Assembly: GCA_964016885.1 (NCBI GenBank)
Contig: OZ024744.1
Span: 16,182,001 to 16,246,000 of the forward strand
Source: Eledone cirrhosa
Lineage: Eukaryota
DNA length: 64,000 bases
Reading direction: 5' to 3'
In this document: positions 28,001 through 42,100 of the stretch, in pieces
Layout: each line of letters starts with the position of its first letter
Position numbering within the stretch: position 1 is the stretch's first letter
Notes under the pieces: generated by a model
Databases searched by the model: none
Told to the model about the DNA's origin: nothing
The model's input: the letters and a program-made list of their open reading frames with translations, nothing else
Translations under genes and position numbers: made by a program

Positions 28001-29160
28001 GATAATATGAAGGAAGTTGGAAAAGGAGAGTATGAAGGAAGTTAGAGAAAGAGACTATGAAGGAAGTTGGAGAAGGAAAGTATGAAGGAAGTTGGAGAAG
28101 GAGAGTATGAAGGAAGTTGGAGAAGGAGATTATGTAGGAAGTTGGAGAAGGAGAGTATGAAGGAAGTTGGAGAAGGAGCGTATGAAGGAAGTTGGAGAAG
28201 TAGAATATGAAGGAAGTTGGGGAAGAAGGTATGAAGGAAGTTGGAGAAGGAGAGTCTGAAGGAAGTTGGAGATGGAGAGTATGAAGGAAGTTGGAGATGG
28301 AGAGTATGAAGGAAGTTGAATAAGGAGAATATCAAGGAAGTTGGAGAAGGAGAGTGTGAATGAAGTTGGAGAAGAAGAGTATGAAGGAAGTTGGAGAAGG
28401 AGAATATGAAGGAAGTTGGAAAAGGAGATTATGAAGGAGGTTGGAGGAGGAGAGTATGAAGGAAGTTGGAGATGGAGAATATGAAGGAAGTTGGAGAAGG
28501 ATAATATGAAGGAAGTTGGAGGAAGAAAATATGAAGGAAGTTGGAGGAGGAGAGTATGAAGGAAGTTGGAGAAGCAGAATATGAAGGAAATTGGAGAAGG
28601 AGCGTATGAAGGAAGTTGGAGAAAAAGAATATGAAGGAAGTTGTGGAAGAAGGTATGAAGGAAGTTGGAGAAGGAGAGTATGAAGAAAGTTGGAGAAGGA
28701 GAGTATGAAGGAAGTTGAAGGAAGAAAATATGAAGGAAGTTGGAGGAGGAGAATATGAAGGAATTTGGAGAAGGAGAATATGAAGGAAGTTGGAGAAGGA
28801 AAATATGAAGGATGTTGGAGAAGGATAATATGAAAGAAGTTGGAGAAGGAGAGTATGAAGGAAGTTGGAGAAGGAGAGTATGAAGGAAGTTGGAGAAGGA
28901 GATTATGAAGGAAGTTGGAGAAGGAGAGTATGAAGGAAGTTGGAGAAGGAGCGTATGAAGGAAGTTGAAGAAGAAGAATATGAAGGAAGTTGAAGAAGGA
29001 GAATATGAAGGAAGTTGGAGAAGGAGAGTATGAAGGAAGTTGAATGAAGAAAATATGAAGGAAGTTGGAGGAGAATATGAAGGATGTTGGAGAAGGAAAA
29101 TATGAAGGACGTTGGAGAAGGATAATATGAAAGAAGTTGGAGAAGGAGAGTATGAAGGAA
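22010..29160 (+). repeat. 3013-bp tandem duplication whose second copy contains a nested 1119-bp tandem duplication (26061-27179 / 27180-28298)
   Basis: CTGTAAGAAGTTGGGAG at 22257 and 25270 (3013). ORF starts 23604, 26617, 27736 (3013, then 1119). Marker GACGTTGG at 24976 and 29108 (4132 = 3013+1119). Confidence 0.88.
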
Positions 29161-30146
29161 GTTGGAGAAGGAGAGTATGAAGGAAGTTGGAGAAGGAGAG
29201 TATGAAGGAAGTTGGAGAAGGAGCGTATGAAGGAAGTTGGAGAAGGAGATTATGAAGGAAATTGGAGAAGGAGAGTATGAAGGAAGTTGGAGAAGGAGCG
29301 TATGAAGGAAGTTGGAGAAGGGGAGTATGAAGGAAGTTGAAGGAAGAAAATATGAAGGGAGTTGGAGGAGGAGAATATGAAGGAATTTGGAGAAGGAAAA
29401 TATGAAGGATGTTGGAGAAGGATAATATGAAAGAAGTTGGAGAAGGAGAGTATGAAGAAAGTTGAATAAGGAGAATATGAAGGAAGTTGGAGAAGGAGAG
29501 TATGAAGGAAGTTGGAGAAGGAGAATATGAAGGAAGTTGGGGAAGAAGGTATGAAGGAAGTTGGAGAAGGAGAGTATGAAGGAAGTTGAAGGAGGAGAAT
29601 ATGAAGGAAGTTGGAGAAGGAGAGTATGAAGGAAGTTGAAGAAGGAGAATCTGAAGGAAGTTGGAGAAGGAGAATATGAAGGAAGTTGGGGGAGGAGAAT
29701 ATGAAGGAAGTTGAAGGAGGAGAATATGAACGAAGTTGAAGAAGGAGAATATGAAGGAAGTTGAAGGAGGAGAATATGAAGGAAGTTGAAGAAGGAGAAT
29801 CAGAAGGATGTTGGAGAAGGAGAGAATGAAGGAAGTTGAAGAAGGAGAATCTGTAAGAAGTTGGAGAAGGAGAGTATGAAGGAAGTTGGAGAAGGAGAAT
29901 CTGAAGGAAGTTGGAGAAGGAGAGTATGAAGGAAGTTGAAGGTGAAGTATATGAAGGAAGTTGAAGAAGGAGAATCTGAAGGAAGTTGGAGAAAAAGAGT
30001 ATGAAGGAAGTTGGGGAAGAAGGTATGAAGGAAGTTGGAGAAGAAGAATATGAAGGAAGTTGGGGAAGAAGGTATCAAGGAAGTTGGAGAAGAAGAATAT
30101 GAATGAAGTTGGGGAAGAAGGTATGAAAGAAGTTGGAGAAGGAGAA

Positions 30147-33100
30147 TATGAAGGAAGTTGAAGGAGGAGAATATGAAGGAAGTTGAAGAAGGAAAATATG
30201 AAAGAAGTTGGAGAAGGAGAGTATGCAGGAAGTTAGAGAAGGAGAGTATGAAGGAAGTTGGGGAAGAAGGTATGAAGGAAGTTGGAGAAGGAGAGTCTGA
30301 AGGAAGTTGGAGATGGAGAGTATGAAGTAAGTTGAAGAAAGAGAGTATGAAGGAAGTTGGAGAAGTAGAGTATGAAGGAAGTTGGAGATGGAGAGTATGA
30401 AGGAAGTTGAGTAAGGAGAATATCAAGGAAGTTGGAGAAGGAGAGTGTGATTGAAGTTGGAGAAGAAGAGTATGAAGGAAGTTGGAGAAGGAGAATATGA
30501 AGGAAGTTGGAAAAGGAGAGTATGAAGGAGGTTGGAGGAGGAGAGTATGAAGGAAGTTGGAGATGGAGAATATGAAGGAAGTTGGAGAAGGAAAATATGA
30601 AGGATGTTGGAGAAGGAGAGTATGAAGGAAGTTGTAGAAGGAGAGGATGAAGGAAGTTGGAGAAGGAGATTATGAAGGAAGTTGGAGAAGGAGAGTATGA
30701 AGGAAGTTGGAGAAGGAGCGTATGAAGGAAGTTGGAGAAGGAGAGTATGAAGAAAGTTGAATAAGGAGAACATGAAGGAAGTTGGAGAAGGAGAGTATGA
30801 AGGAAGTTGGAGAAGAAGAATATGAAGGAAGTTGGGGAAGAAGGTATGAAGGAAGTTGAAGGAAGAAAATATGAAGGAAGTTGGAGAAGGAGAGTATGAA
30901 GGAAGTTGGAGAAGGAGAAGTATGAAGGAAGTTGAAGAAGTAGATTATGAAGGAAGTTGGAGAAGAAGAGTATGAAGGAAGTTGAAGGAGGAGAACATGA
31001 AGGAAGTTGAAGAAGGAGAATCTGAAGGAAGTTGGAGAAGGAGAGTATGAAGGAAGTTGAAGGAGGAGAATATGAAGGAAGTTGAAGTAGGAGAATATGA
31101 ACGAATGTGGAGAAGGAGAGTATGAAGGAAGTTGGAGAATGAGAATCTGAAGGAAGTTGGAGAAGGAGAGTATGAAGTAAGTTGGAGAAGGAGAATCTGT
31201 AGGAAGTTGGAGAAGGAGAGTATGAAGGAAGTTGAAGAAGGAGAATCTGAAGGAAGTTGGAGAAGGAGAGTATGAAGGAAGTTGGGGGAGGAGAATATGA
31301 AGGAAGTTGAAGGAGGAGAATATGAACGAAGTTGAAGAAGGAGAATATGAAGGAAGTTGAAGGGGGAGAATATGAAGGAAGTTGAAGATGGAGAATCAGA
31401 AGGAAGTTGGAGAAGGAGAGAATGAAGGAAGTTGAAGCAGGAGAATCTGAAGGAAGTTGGAAAAGGAGAGTATGAAGGAAGTTGGAGAAGAAGAACCTGA
31501 AGGAAGTTGGAGAAAGAGAGTATGATGGAAGTTGAAGCAGGAGAATATGAAGGAAGTTGGAGGAGGAGAGTATGAAGGAAGTTGGAGAAGAATCTGAAGG
31601 AAGTTGGAGAAGGAAAGTATGAAGGAAGTTGAAGGACAAGAATATGAAGGAAGTTGAAGGAGAATCTGAAGGAAGTTGGAGAAGGAGAATATGAAGGAAG
31701 TTGAAGAAGGAGAATCTGAAGGAAGTTGGAGATGGAGAGTATGAAGGAAGTTAGAGAAGGAGAATATGAAGGAAATTGAAGGAAGAGTATATGAACGAAG
31801 TTGGAGAAGGAGAATATGAAGGAAGTTGAAGGAGAAGAATATGAAGGAAGTTGAAGAAGGAGAATCAGAAGGAAGTTGGAGAAGGAGAGTATGAAGGAAG
31901 TTGAAGAAGGAGAATCTGAAAGAAGTTGGAGAAGGAGAGTATGAAAGAAGTTGGAGAAGGAGAGTATGAAGGAAGTTGAAGAAGGAGAATCTGAAGGAAG
32001 TTGGAGGAGAGTATGAAGGAAGTTGGAGAAAGAGAGTATGAAGGAAGTTGAAGGAGGAGTATATGAACGAAGTTGGAGATGGAGAATATGAAGAAAGTTG
32101 AAGTAGGAGAATATGAAGTTGAAGAAGGAGAATCAGAAGGAAGTTGGGGAAGGAGGATATGAAGGAAGTTGAAGGAGCAGAATATGAAGGAAGATGGAGA
32201 AGGAGAGTATGAAGGAAGTTGGAGAAGGAGAATATGAAGGAATTTGGAGAAGGAGAGTATGAAGGAAGTTGGAGAAGGAGAATATGAAGAAAGTTGAAGG
32301 AGGAGAATATGAAGGAAGTTGGAGGAGGAGAGTATGAAGGAAGTTGGAGAAGGAGAGTATGAAGGAGGTTGGAGAAGGAGAATATGAAGGAAGTTGGAGA
32401 AGGAGAGTATGAAGGAGCTTGGAATTGTAGAGTATGAAGGAAGTTAGAGAAGGATAATATGAAGGAAGTTGGAGAAGCAGAGTATGAAGGATGTTGGAGA
32501 AGGAGAGTATGAAGGAAGTTGAAGAAGGAGAGTATGAAGGAAGTTTGAGAAGGAGAATATGAAGGAAGTTGGAGGAGGAGAGTATGAAGGAAGTTGGAGA
32601 AGGAGAATCTGACGGACGTTGGAGAAGGAGAGTAGGAAAGAAGTTGGAGAAGGATAATATGAAGGAAGTTGGATAAGGAGAATATGAAGGAAGTTGAAGG
32701 AGGAGAATATTAAAGAAGTTGGAAAAGGAGAGTATGAAGGAAGTTGGAGAAAGAGAATCTGAAGGAAGTTGGAGAAGGAGAGTATGAAGGAAGTTGGAGA
32801 AGGAGACTATGAAGGAAGTTGGAGAAGGAAAGTATGAAGGATGTTGGAGAAGGAGAGTATGAAGGAAGTTGGAGAAGGGGATTATGAAGTAAGTTGGAGA
32901 AGGCGAGTATGAAGGAAGTTGGAGAAGGAGCGTATGATGGAAGTTGGAGAAGGAGATTATGAAGGAAGTTGAATAAGGAGAATATGAAGGAAGTTGGAGA
33001 AGGAGAGTATGAAGGAAGTTGGAGAAGGAGAGTATGAAGGGGGCTGGAGGAGGAGAATATGAAGGAAGTTGGAGAAGGAGAGTATGAAGGAAGTTGGAGA

Positions 33101-36100
33101 AGTAGAATATGCAGGAAGTTGGGGAAGAAGGTATGAAGGAAGTTGGAGAAGGAGAGTCTGAAGGAAGTTGGAGATGGAGAGTATGAAGGAAGTTGAAGAA
33201 GGAGAGTATGAAGGAAGTTGGAGAAGTAGAGTATGAAGGAAGTTGGAGATGGAGAGTATGAAAGAAGTTGAATAAGGAGAATATCAAGGAAGTTGAAGAA
33301 GGAGAATATGAAGGAAGTTGGAGAAGGAGAGTATGAAGGAAGTTGAAGGAGAAGAATATGAAGGAAGTTGAAGGAGGAGAATATCAAGGAAGTTGGAAAA
33401 GGAGATTATGAAGGAGGTTGGAGGAGGAGAGTATGAAGGAAGTTGGAGATGGAGAATATGAAGGAAGTTGGAGAAGGAGAGTATGAAGGAAGTTGGAGAA
33501 GGAAAGTATGAAGGAAGTTGAAGGGAGAAAATTTGAAGGAAGTTGGAGAAGGAGAGTATAAAGGAAGTTGGAGAAGGAGAATATGAAGGAAGTTGAAGAA
33601 GGAGAATATGAAGGAAGTTGCAGAAGGATAATATGAAGGAAGTTGGAGAAGGAGAGTATGAAGGAAGTTGGAGAAGGCGAGTATGAAGGAAATTGGAGAA
33701 GGAGAGTATGAAGGAGATTGGAGGAGGAGAGTATGAAGGAAGTTGGAGAAGCAGAATATAAAGGAAATTGGAGAAGGAGCGTATGAAGGAAGTTGGAGAA
33801 AAAGAATATGAAGGAAGTTGTGGAAGAAGGTATGAAGGAAGTTGGAGAAGGAGAGTATGAAGAAAGTTGGAGAAGGAGAGTATGAAGAAAGTTGAAGGAA
33901 GAAAATATGAAGGAAGTTGGAGGAGGAGAATATGAAGGAAGTTGGAGAAGGAGAATATGAAGGAATTTGGAGGAGGAAAATATGAAGGATGTTGGAGAAG
34001 GATAATATGAAAGAAGTTGGAGAAGGAGAGTATGAAGGAAGTTGGAGAAGGAGATTATGAAGGAAGTTGGAGAAGGAGAGTATGAAGGAAGTTGAAGGAG
34101 GAGAATATGAAGGAAGTTGAAGAAGCAGAATATGAAGGAAGTTAGAGAAGGAGAGTATGAAGGAAGTTGAATGAAGAAAATATGAAGGAAGTTGGAGGAG
34201 AATATGAAGGAAGTTGGAGAAGGAAAATATGAAGGACGTTGGAGAAGGATAATATGAAAAAAGTTGGAGTAGGAGAGTATGAAGGAAGTTGGAGAAGGAG
34301 AGTATGAAGGAAGTTGGAGAAGGAGAGTATGAAGGAAGTTGGAGAAGGAGCGTATGAAGGAAGTTGGAGAAGGAGATTATGAAGGAAGTTGGAGAAGGAG
34401 AGTATGAAGGAAGTTGGAGAAGGAGCGTATGAAGGAAGTTGGAGAAGGGGAGTATGAAGGAAGTTGAAGAAGGAGAATCTGAAGGAAGTTGGAGAAGGAG
34501 AGTATGAACGATGTTGAAGAAGGAGAATATGAAGGAAGTTGAAGAAGGAGAATCAGAAGGAAGTTGGAGAAGGAGAGAATGAAGGAAGTTGAAGAAGGAG
34601 AATCTGAAAGAAGTTGGAGAAGGAGAGTATGAAGGAAGTTGGAGAAGGAGAATCTGAAGGAAGTTGGAGAAGGAGAGTATGAAGGAAGTTGAATGTGAAG
34701 TATATGAAGGAAGTTGAAGAAGGAGAATCTGAAGGAAGTTGGAGAAAAAGAGTATGAAGGAAGTTGGGGAAGAAGGTATGAAGGAAGTTGGAGAAGAAGA
34801 ATATGAATTAAGTTGGGGAAGAATGTATGAAAGAAGTTGGAGGAGGAGAATATGAAGGAAGTTGAAGGAGGAGAATATGAAGCAAGTTGAAGAAGGAAAA
34901 TATGAAAGAAGTTGGAGAAGGAGAGTATGCAGGAAGCTAGAGAAGGAGAGTATGATGTAAGTTGGAGATGGAGAGTATGAAGGAAGTTGAATAAGGAGAA
35001 TATCAAGGAAGTTGGAGAAGGAGCGTATGAAGGAAGTTGAAGGAGGAGAATATGAAGGAAGTTGAAGAAGGAGAATATGAAGGAAGTTGGAGAAGGAGAG
35101 TATGAAGGAAGTTGAAGGAAGAAAATATGAAGGAAGTTGGAGGAGGAGAATATGAAAGGAAGTTGGAGAAGGAAAATATGAAGGATGTTGGAGAAGGATA
35201 ATATGAAAGAAGTTGGAGAAGGAGAGTATGAAGGAAGTTGTAGAAGGAGCGTATGAAGGAAGTTGGAGAAGGCGATTATGAAGGAAGTTGGAGAAGGAGA
35301 GTATGAAGGAAGTTGGAGAAGGAGCGTATGAAGGAAGTTGAAGGAAGAAAATATGAAGGAAGTTGGAGGAGGAGAATATGAAGGAATTTGGAGAAGGAAA
35401 ATATGAAGGATGTTGGAGAAGGATAATATGAAAGAAGTTGGAGAAGGAGAGTATGAAGAAAGTTGAATAAGGAGAATATGAAGGAAGTTGGAGAAGGAGA
35501 GTATGAAGGAAGTTGGAGAAGGAGAATATGAAGGAAGTTGGAGAAGGAGAGTATGAAGGAAGTTGGAGAAGGAGAGTATGAAGGAAGTTGGAGAAGGAGA
35601 GTATGAAGGAAGTTGAAGAAGGAGAATAAGAAGGAAGTTGGAGAAGGAGAGTATGAAGGAAGTTGAAGGAGGAGAATATGAAGGAATTTGAAGAAGGAGA
35701 ATCTGAAGGAAGTTGGAGAAAGAGAGTATGAAGGAAGTTGAAGGCGGAGAATATGAAGGAAGTTGAAGGAGGAGAATATGAACGAATTTTGAGAAGGAGA
35801 GTATGAAGGAAGTTGGAGAAGGAGAATCTGAAGGAAGTTGGAGAAGGAGAGTATGAAGGAAGTTGAAGGAGAAGAATATGAAGGAAGTTGAAGAAAGAGA
35901 ATCTGAGGGAAGTTGGAGAAGGAGAGTATGAAGGAAGTTGATGAAGGAGAATCTGAAGGAAGTTGGAGAAGGAGAGTATGAAGGAAGTTGGAGAAGGAGA
36001 ATATGAAGGAAGTTGGAGAAGGAGAGTATGAAGGAGCTTGGAATTGTAGAGTATGAAGGAAGTTGGAGAAGGATAATATGAAGGAAGTTGGAGAAGCAGA

Positions 36101-39100
36101 GTATGAAGGATGTTGGAGAAGGAGAGTTTGAACGAAGTTGGAGGAGGAGAGTATGAAGGAATTTGGAGAAGGAGAGTATGAAGGAAGTTGGAGAAGGAGA
36201 ATATGAAGAAAGTTGAAGGAGGAGAATATGAAGGAAGTTGGAGGAGGAGAGTATGAAGGAAGTTGGAGAAGGAGAGTATGAAGGAGGTTGGAGAAGGAGA
36301 ATATGAAGGAAGTTGGAGAAGGAGAGTATGAAGGAGCTTGGAATTGTAGAGTATGAAGGAAGTTGGAGAAGGATAATATGAAGGAAGTTGGAGAAGCAGA
36401 GTATGAAGGAAGTTGGAGAAGGAGAGTTTGAAGGAAGTTGGAGGAGGAGAGTATGAAGGAAGTTGGAGAAGGAGAATCTGACGGACGTTGGAGAAGGAGA
36501 GTAGGAAAGAAGTTGGAGAAGGATAATATGAAGGAAGTTGGATAAGGAGAATATGAAGGAAGTTGGAGGAGAGTATGAAGGAAGTTGGAGAAAGAGAGTA
36601 TGAAGAAAGTTGAAGTAGGACAATATGAAGTAAGTTGAAGAAGGAGAATCAGAAGGAAGTTGGAGAAGGAGAATATGAAGGAAGTTGAAGGAGCAGAATA
36701 TGAAGGAAGATGGAGAAGGAGAGTATGAAGGAAGTTGGAGAAGGAGAATATGAAGGAATTTGGAGAAGGAAAGTATGAAGGAAGTTGGAGAAGGAGAATA
36801 TAAAGAAAGTTGAAGGAGGAGAATATGAAGGAAGTTGGAGGAGGAGAGTATGAAGGAAGTTGGAGAAGGAGAGTATGAAGGAGGTTGGAGAAGGAGAATA
36901 TGAAGGAAGTTGGAGAAGGAGAGTATGAAGGAGCTTGGAATTGTAGAGTATGAAGGAAGTTGGAGAAGGATAATATGAAGGAAGTTGGAGAAGCAGAGTA
37001 TGAAGGATGTTGGAGAAGGAGAGTTTGAAGGAAGTTGGAGGAGGAGAGTATGAAGGAAGTTGGAGAAGGAGAATCTGACGGACGTTGGAGAAGGAGAGTA
37101 GTAAAGAAGTTGGAGAAGGATAATATCAAGGAAGTTGGATAAGGAGAATATGAAGGAAGTTGAAGGAGGAGAATATTAAAGAAGTTGGAAAAGGAGAGTA
37201 TGTAGGAAGGTGGAGAAAGAGAATCTGAAGGAAGTTGGAGAAGGAGAGTATGAAGGAAGTTGGAGAAGGAGACTATGAAGGAAGTTGGAGAAGGAAAGTA
37301 TGAAGGAAGTTGGAGAAGGAGAGTATGAAGGAAGTTGGAGAAGGAGATTATGAAGGAATTTGGAGAAGGCGAGTATGAAGGAAGTTGGAGAAGGAGCGTA
37401 TGATGGAAGTTGGAGAAGGAGATTATGAAGGAAGTTGAATAAGGAGAATATGAAGGAAGTTGGAGAAGGAGAGTATGAAGGAAGTTGGAGAAGGAGAGTA
37501 TGAAGGGGGTCGGAGGAGGAGAATATGAAGGAAGTTGGGGAAGAAGGTATGAAGGAAGTTGGAGAAGGAGAGTCTGAAGGAAGTTGGAGCTGGAGAGTAT
37601 GAAGGAAGTTGGAGAAGTAGAGTATGAAGGAAGTTGGAGATGGAGAGTATGAAATAAGTTGAATAAGGAGAATATCAAGGAAGTTGAAGAAGTAGAATAT
37701 GAAGGAAGTTGGAGAAGGAGAGTATGAAGGAAGTTGAAGGAAGAAAATATGAAGGAAGCTGGAGAAGGAGAGTATGAAGGAAGTTGGAGAAGGCGAGTAT
37801 GAAGGAAATTGGAGAAGGAGAGTATGAAGGAGGTTGGAGGAGGAGAGTATGAAGGAAGTTGGAGAAGGAGAATATGAAGGAAATTGGAGAAGGAGAGTAT
37901 GAAGGAAGTTGGAGAAGGAGATTATGAAGGAAGTTGGAGAAGGAGAGTATGAAGGAAGTTGGAGAAGGAGCGTATGAAGGAAGTTGAAGGAGGAGAATAT
38001 GAAGGAAGTTGAAGAAGGAGAATAAGAAGGAAGTTGGTGAAGGAGAGTATGAAGGAAGTTGAAGGAAGAAAATATGAAGGAAGTTGGAGGAGGAGAATAT
38101 GAAAGGAAGTTGGAGAAGGAAAATATGAAGGATGTTGGAGAAGGATAATATGAAAGAAGTTGGAGAAGGAGAGTATGAAGGAAGTTGTAGAAGGAGCGTA
38201 TGAAGGAAGTTGGAGAAGGCGATTATGAAGGAAGTTGGAGAAGGAGAGTATGAAGGAAGTTGGAGAAGGAGCGTATGAAGGAAGTTGGAGAAGGAGAGTA
38301 TGAAGGAAGTTGAAGGAAGAAAATATGAAGGAAGTTGGAGGAGGAGAATATGAAGGAATTTGGAGAAGGAAAATATGAAGGATGTTGGAGAAGGATAATA
38401 TGAAAGAAGTTGGAGAAGGAGAGTATGAAGAAAGTTGAATAAGGAGAATATGAAGGAAGTTGGAGAAGGAGAGTATGAAGGAAGTTGGAGAAGGAGAATA
38501 TGAAGGAAGTTGGAGAAGGAGAGTATGAAGGAAGTTGGAGAAGGAGAGTATGAAGGAAGTTGGAGAAGGAGAGTATGAAGGAAGTTGAAGAAGGAGAATA
38601 AGAAGGAAGTTGGAGAAGGAGAGTATGAAGGAAGTTGAAGGAGGAGAATATGAAGGAATTTGAAGATGGAGAATCTGAAGGAAGTTGGAGAAAGAGAGTA
38701 TGAAGGAAGTTGAAGGAGGAGAATATGAAGGAAGTTGAAGGAGGAGAATATGAACGAATTTGGAGAAGGAGAGTATGAAGGAAGTTGGAGAAGGAGAATC
38801 TGAAGGAAGTTGGAGAAGGAGAGTATGAAGGAAGTTGAAGGAGAAGAATATGAAGGAAGTTGAAGAAAGAGAATCTGAAGGAAGTTGGAGAAGGAGAGTA
38901 TGAAGGAAGTTGAAGAAGGAGAATCTGAAGGAAGTTGGAGAAGGAGAGTATGAAGGAAGTTGGAGAAGGAGAGTATGAAGGAGGTTGGAGAAGGAGAATA
39001 TGAAGGAAGTTGGAGAAGGAGAGTATGAAGGAGCTTGGAATTGTAGAGTATGAAGGAAGTTGGAGAAGGATAATATGAAGGAAGTTGGAGAAGCAGAGTA

Positions 39101-42100
39101 TGAAGGATGTTGGAGAAGGAGAGTTTGAAGGAAGTTGGAGGAGGAGAGTATGAAGGAATTTGGAGAAGGAGACTATGAAGGAAGTTGGAGAAGGAGAATA
39201 TGAAGAAAGTTGAAGGAGGAGAACATGAAGGAAGTTGGAGGAGGAGAGTATGAAGGAAGTTGGAGAAGGAGAGTATGAAGGAGGTTGGAGAAGGAGAATA
39301 TGAAGGAAGTTGGAGAAGGAGAGTATGAAGGAGCTTGAAATTGTAGAGTATGAAGGAAGTTGGAGAAGGATAATATGAAGGAAGTTGGAGATGCAGAGTA
39401 TGAAGGATGTTGGAGAAGGAGAGTTTGAAGGAAGTTGGAGGAGGAGAGTATGAAGGAAGTTGGAGAAGGAGAATCTGACGGACGTTGGAGAAGGAGAGTA
39501 GGAAAGAAGTTGGAGAAGGATAATATGAAGGAAGTTGGATAAGGAGAATATGAAGGAAGTTGGAGGAGAGTATGAAGGAAGTTGGAGAAAGAGAGTATGA
39601 AGGAAGTTGAAGGAGGAGTATATGAACGAAGTTGGAGATGGAGAATATGAAGGAAGTTGGAGAAGGAGAGTATGAAGGAAGTTGAAGGAAGAAAATATGA
39701 AGGAAGTTGGAGGAGGAGAATATGAAAGGAAGTTGGAGAAGGAAAATATGAAGGATGTTGGAGAAGGATAATATGAAAGAAGTTGGAGAAGGAGAGTATG
39801 AATAAAGTTGAATAAGGAGAATATGAAGGAAGTTGGAGAAGGAGAGTATGAAGGAAGTTGGAGAAGGAGAATATGAAGGAAGTTGGAGAAGGAGAGTATG
39901 AAGGAAGTTGGAGAAGGAGAGTATGAAGGAAGTTGGAGAAGGAGAGTATGAAGGAAGTTGAAGAAGGAGAATAAGAAGGAAGTTGGAGAAGGAGAGTATG
40001 AAGGAAGTTGAAGGAGGAGAATATGAAGGAAGTTGAAGAAGGAAAATATGAAAGAAGTTGGAGAAGGAGAGTATGCAGGAAGTTAGAGAAGGAGAGTATG
40101 AAGGAAGTTGGGGAAGAAGGTATGAAGGAAGTTGGAGAAGGAGAGTCTGAAGGAAGTTGGAGATGGAGAGTATGAAGTAAGTTGAAGAAAGAGAGTATGA
40201 AGGAAGTTGGAGAAGTAGAGTATGAAGGAAGTTGGAGATGGAGAGTATGAAGGAAGTTGAGTAAGGAGAATATCAAGGAAGTTGGAGAAGGAGAGTGTGA
40301 TTGAAGTTGGAGAAGAAGAGTATGAAGGAAGTTGGAGAAGGAGAATATGAAGGAAGTTGGAAAAGGAGAGTATGAAGGAGGTTGGAGGAGGAGAGTATGA
40401 AGGAAGTTGGAGATGGAGAATATGAAGGAAGTTGGAGAAGGAAAATATGAAGGATGTTGGAGAAGGAGAGTATGAAGGAAGTTGTAGAAGGAGAGGATGA
40501 AGGAAGTTGGAGAAGGAGATTATGAAGGAAGTTGGAGAAGGAGAGTATGAAGGAAGTTGGAGAAGGAGCGTATGAAGGAAGTTGGAGAAGGAGAGTATGA
40601 AGAAAGTTGAATAAGGAGAACATGAAGGAAGTTGGAGAAGGAGAGTATGAAGGAAGTTGGAGAAGAAGAATATGAAGGAAGTTGGGGAAGAAGGTATGAA
40701 GGAAGTTGAAGGAAGAAAATATGAAGGAAGTTGGAGAAGGAGAGTATGAAGGAAGTTGGAGAAGGAGAAGTATGAAGGAAGTTGAAGAAGTAGATTATGA
40801 AGGAAGTTGGAGAAGAAGAGTATGAAGGAAGTTGAAGGAGGAGAACATGAAGGAAGTTGAAGAAGGAGAATCTGAAGGAAGTTGGAGAAGGAGAGTATGA
40901 AGGAAGTTGAAGGAGGAGAATATGAAGGAAGTTGAAGTAGGTGAATATGAACGAATTTGGAGAAGGAGAGTATGAAGGAAGTTGGAGAATGAGAATCTGA
41001 AGGAAGTTGGAGAAGGAGAGTATGAAGTAAGTTGGAGAAGGAGAATCTGTAGGAAGTTGGAGAAGGAGAGTATGAAGGAAGTTGAAGAAGGAGAATCTGA
41101 AGGAAGTTGGAGAAGGAGAGTATGAAGGAAGTTGGGGGAGGAGAATATGAAGGAAGTTGAAGGAGGAGAATATGAACGAAGTTGAAGAAGGAGAATATGA
41201 AGGAAGTTGAAGGGGGAGAATATGAAGGAAGTTGAAGATGGAGAATCAGAAGGAAGTTGGAGAAGGAGAGAATGAAGGAAGTTGAAGCAGGAGAATCTGA
41301 AGGAAGTTGGAAAAGGAGAGTATGAAGGAAGTTGGAGAAGAAGAACCTGAAGGAAGTTGGAGAAAGAGAGTATGATGGAAGTTGAAGCAGGAGAATATGA
41401 AGGAAGTTGGAGGAGGAGAGTATGAAGGAAGTTGGAGAAGAATCTGAAGGAAGTTGGAGAAGGAAAGTATGAAGGAAGTTGAAGGACAAGAATATGAAGG
41501 AAGTTGAAGGAGAATCTGAAGGAAGTTGGAGAAGGAGAATATGAAGGAAGTTGAAGAAGGAGAATCTGAAGGAAGTTGGAGATGGAGAGTATGAAGGAAG
41601 TTAGAGAAGGAGAATATGAAGGAAATTGAAGGAAGAGTATATGAACGAAGTTGGAGAAGGAGAATATGAAGGAAGTTGAAGGAGAAGAATATGAAGGAAG
41701 TTGAAGAAGGAGAATCAGAAGGAAGTTGGAGAAGGAGAGTATGAAGGAAGTTGAAGAAGGAGAATCTGAAAGAAGTTGGAGAAGGAGAGTATGAAAGAAG
41801 TTGGAGAAGGAGAGTATGAAGGAAGTTGAAGAAGGAGAATCTGAAGGAAGTTGGAGGAGAGTATGAAGGAAGTTGGAGAAAGAGAGTATGAAGGAAGTTG
41901 AAGGAGGAGTATATGAACGAAGTTGGAGATGGAGAATATGAAGAAAGTTGAAGTAGGAGAATATGAAGTAAGTTGAAGAAGGAGAATCAGAAGGAAGTTG
42001 GAGAAGGAGGATATGAAGGAAGTTGAAGGAGCAGAATATGAAGGAAGATGGAGAAGGAGAGTATGAAGGAAGTTGGAGAAGGAGAATATGAAGGAATTTG

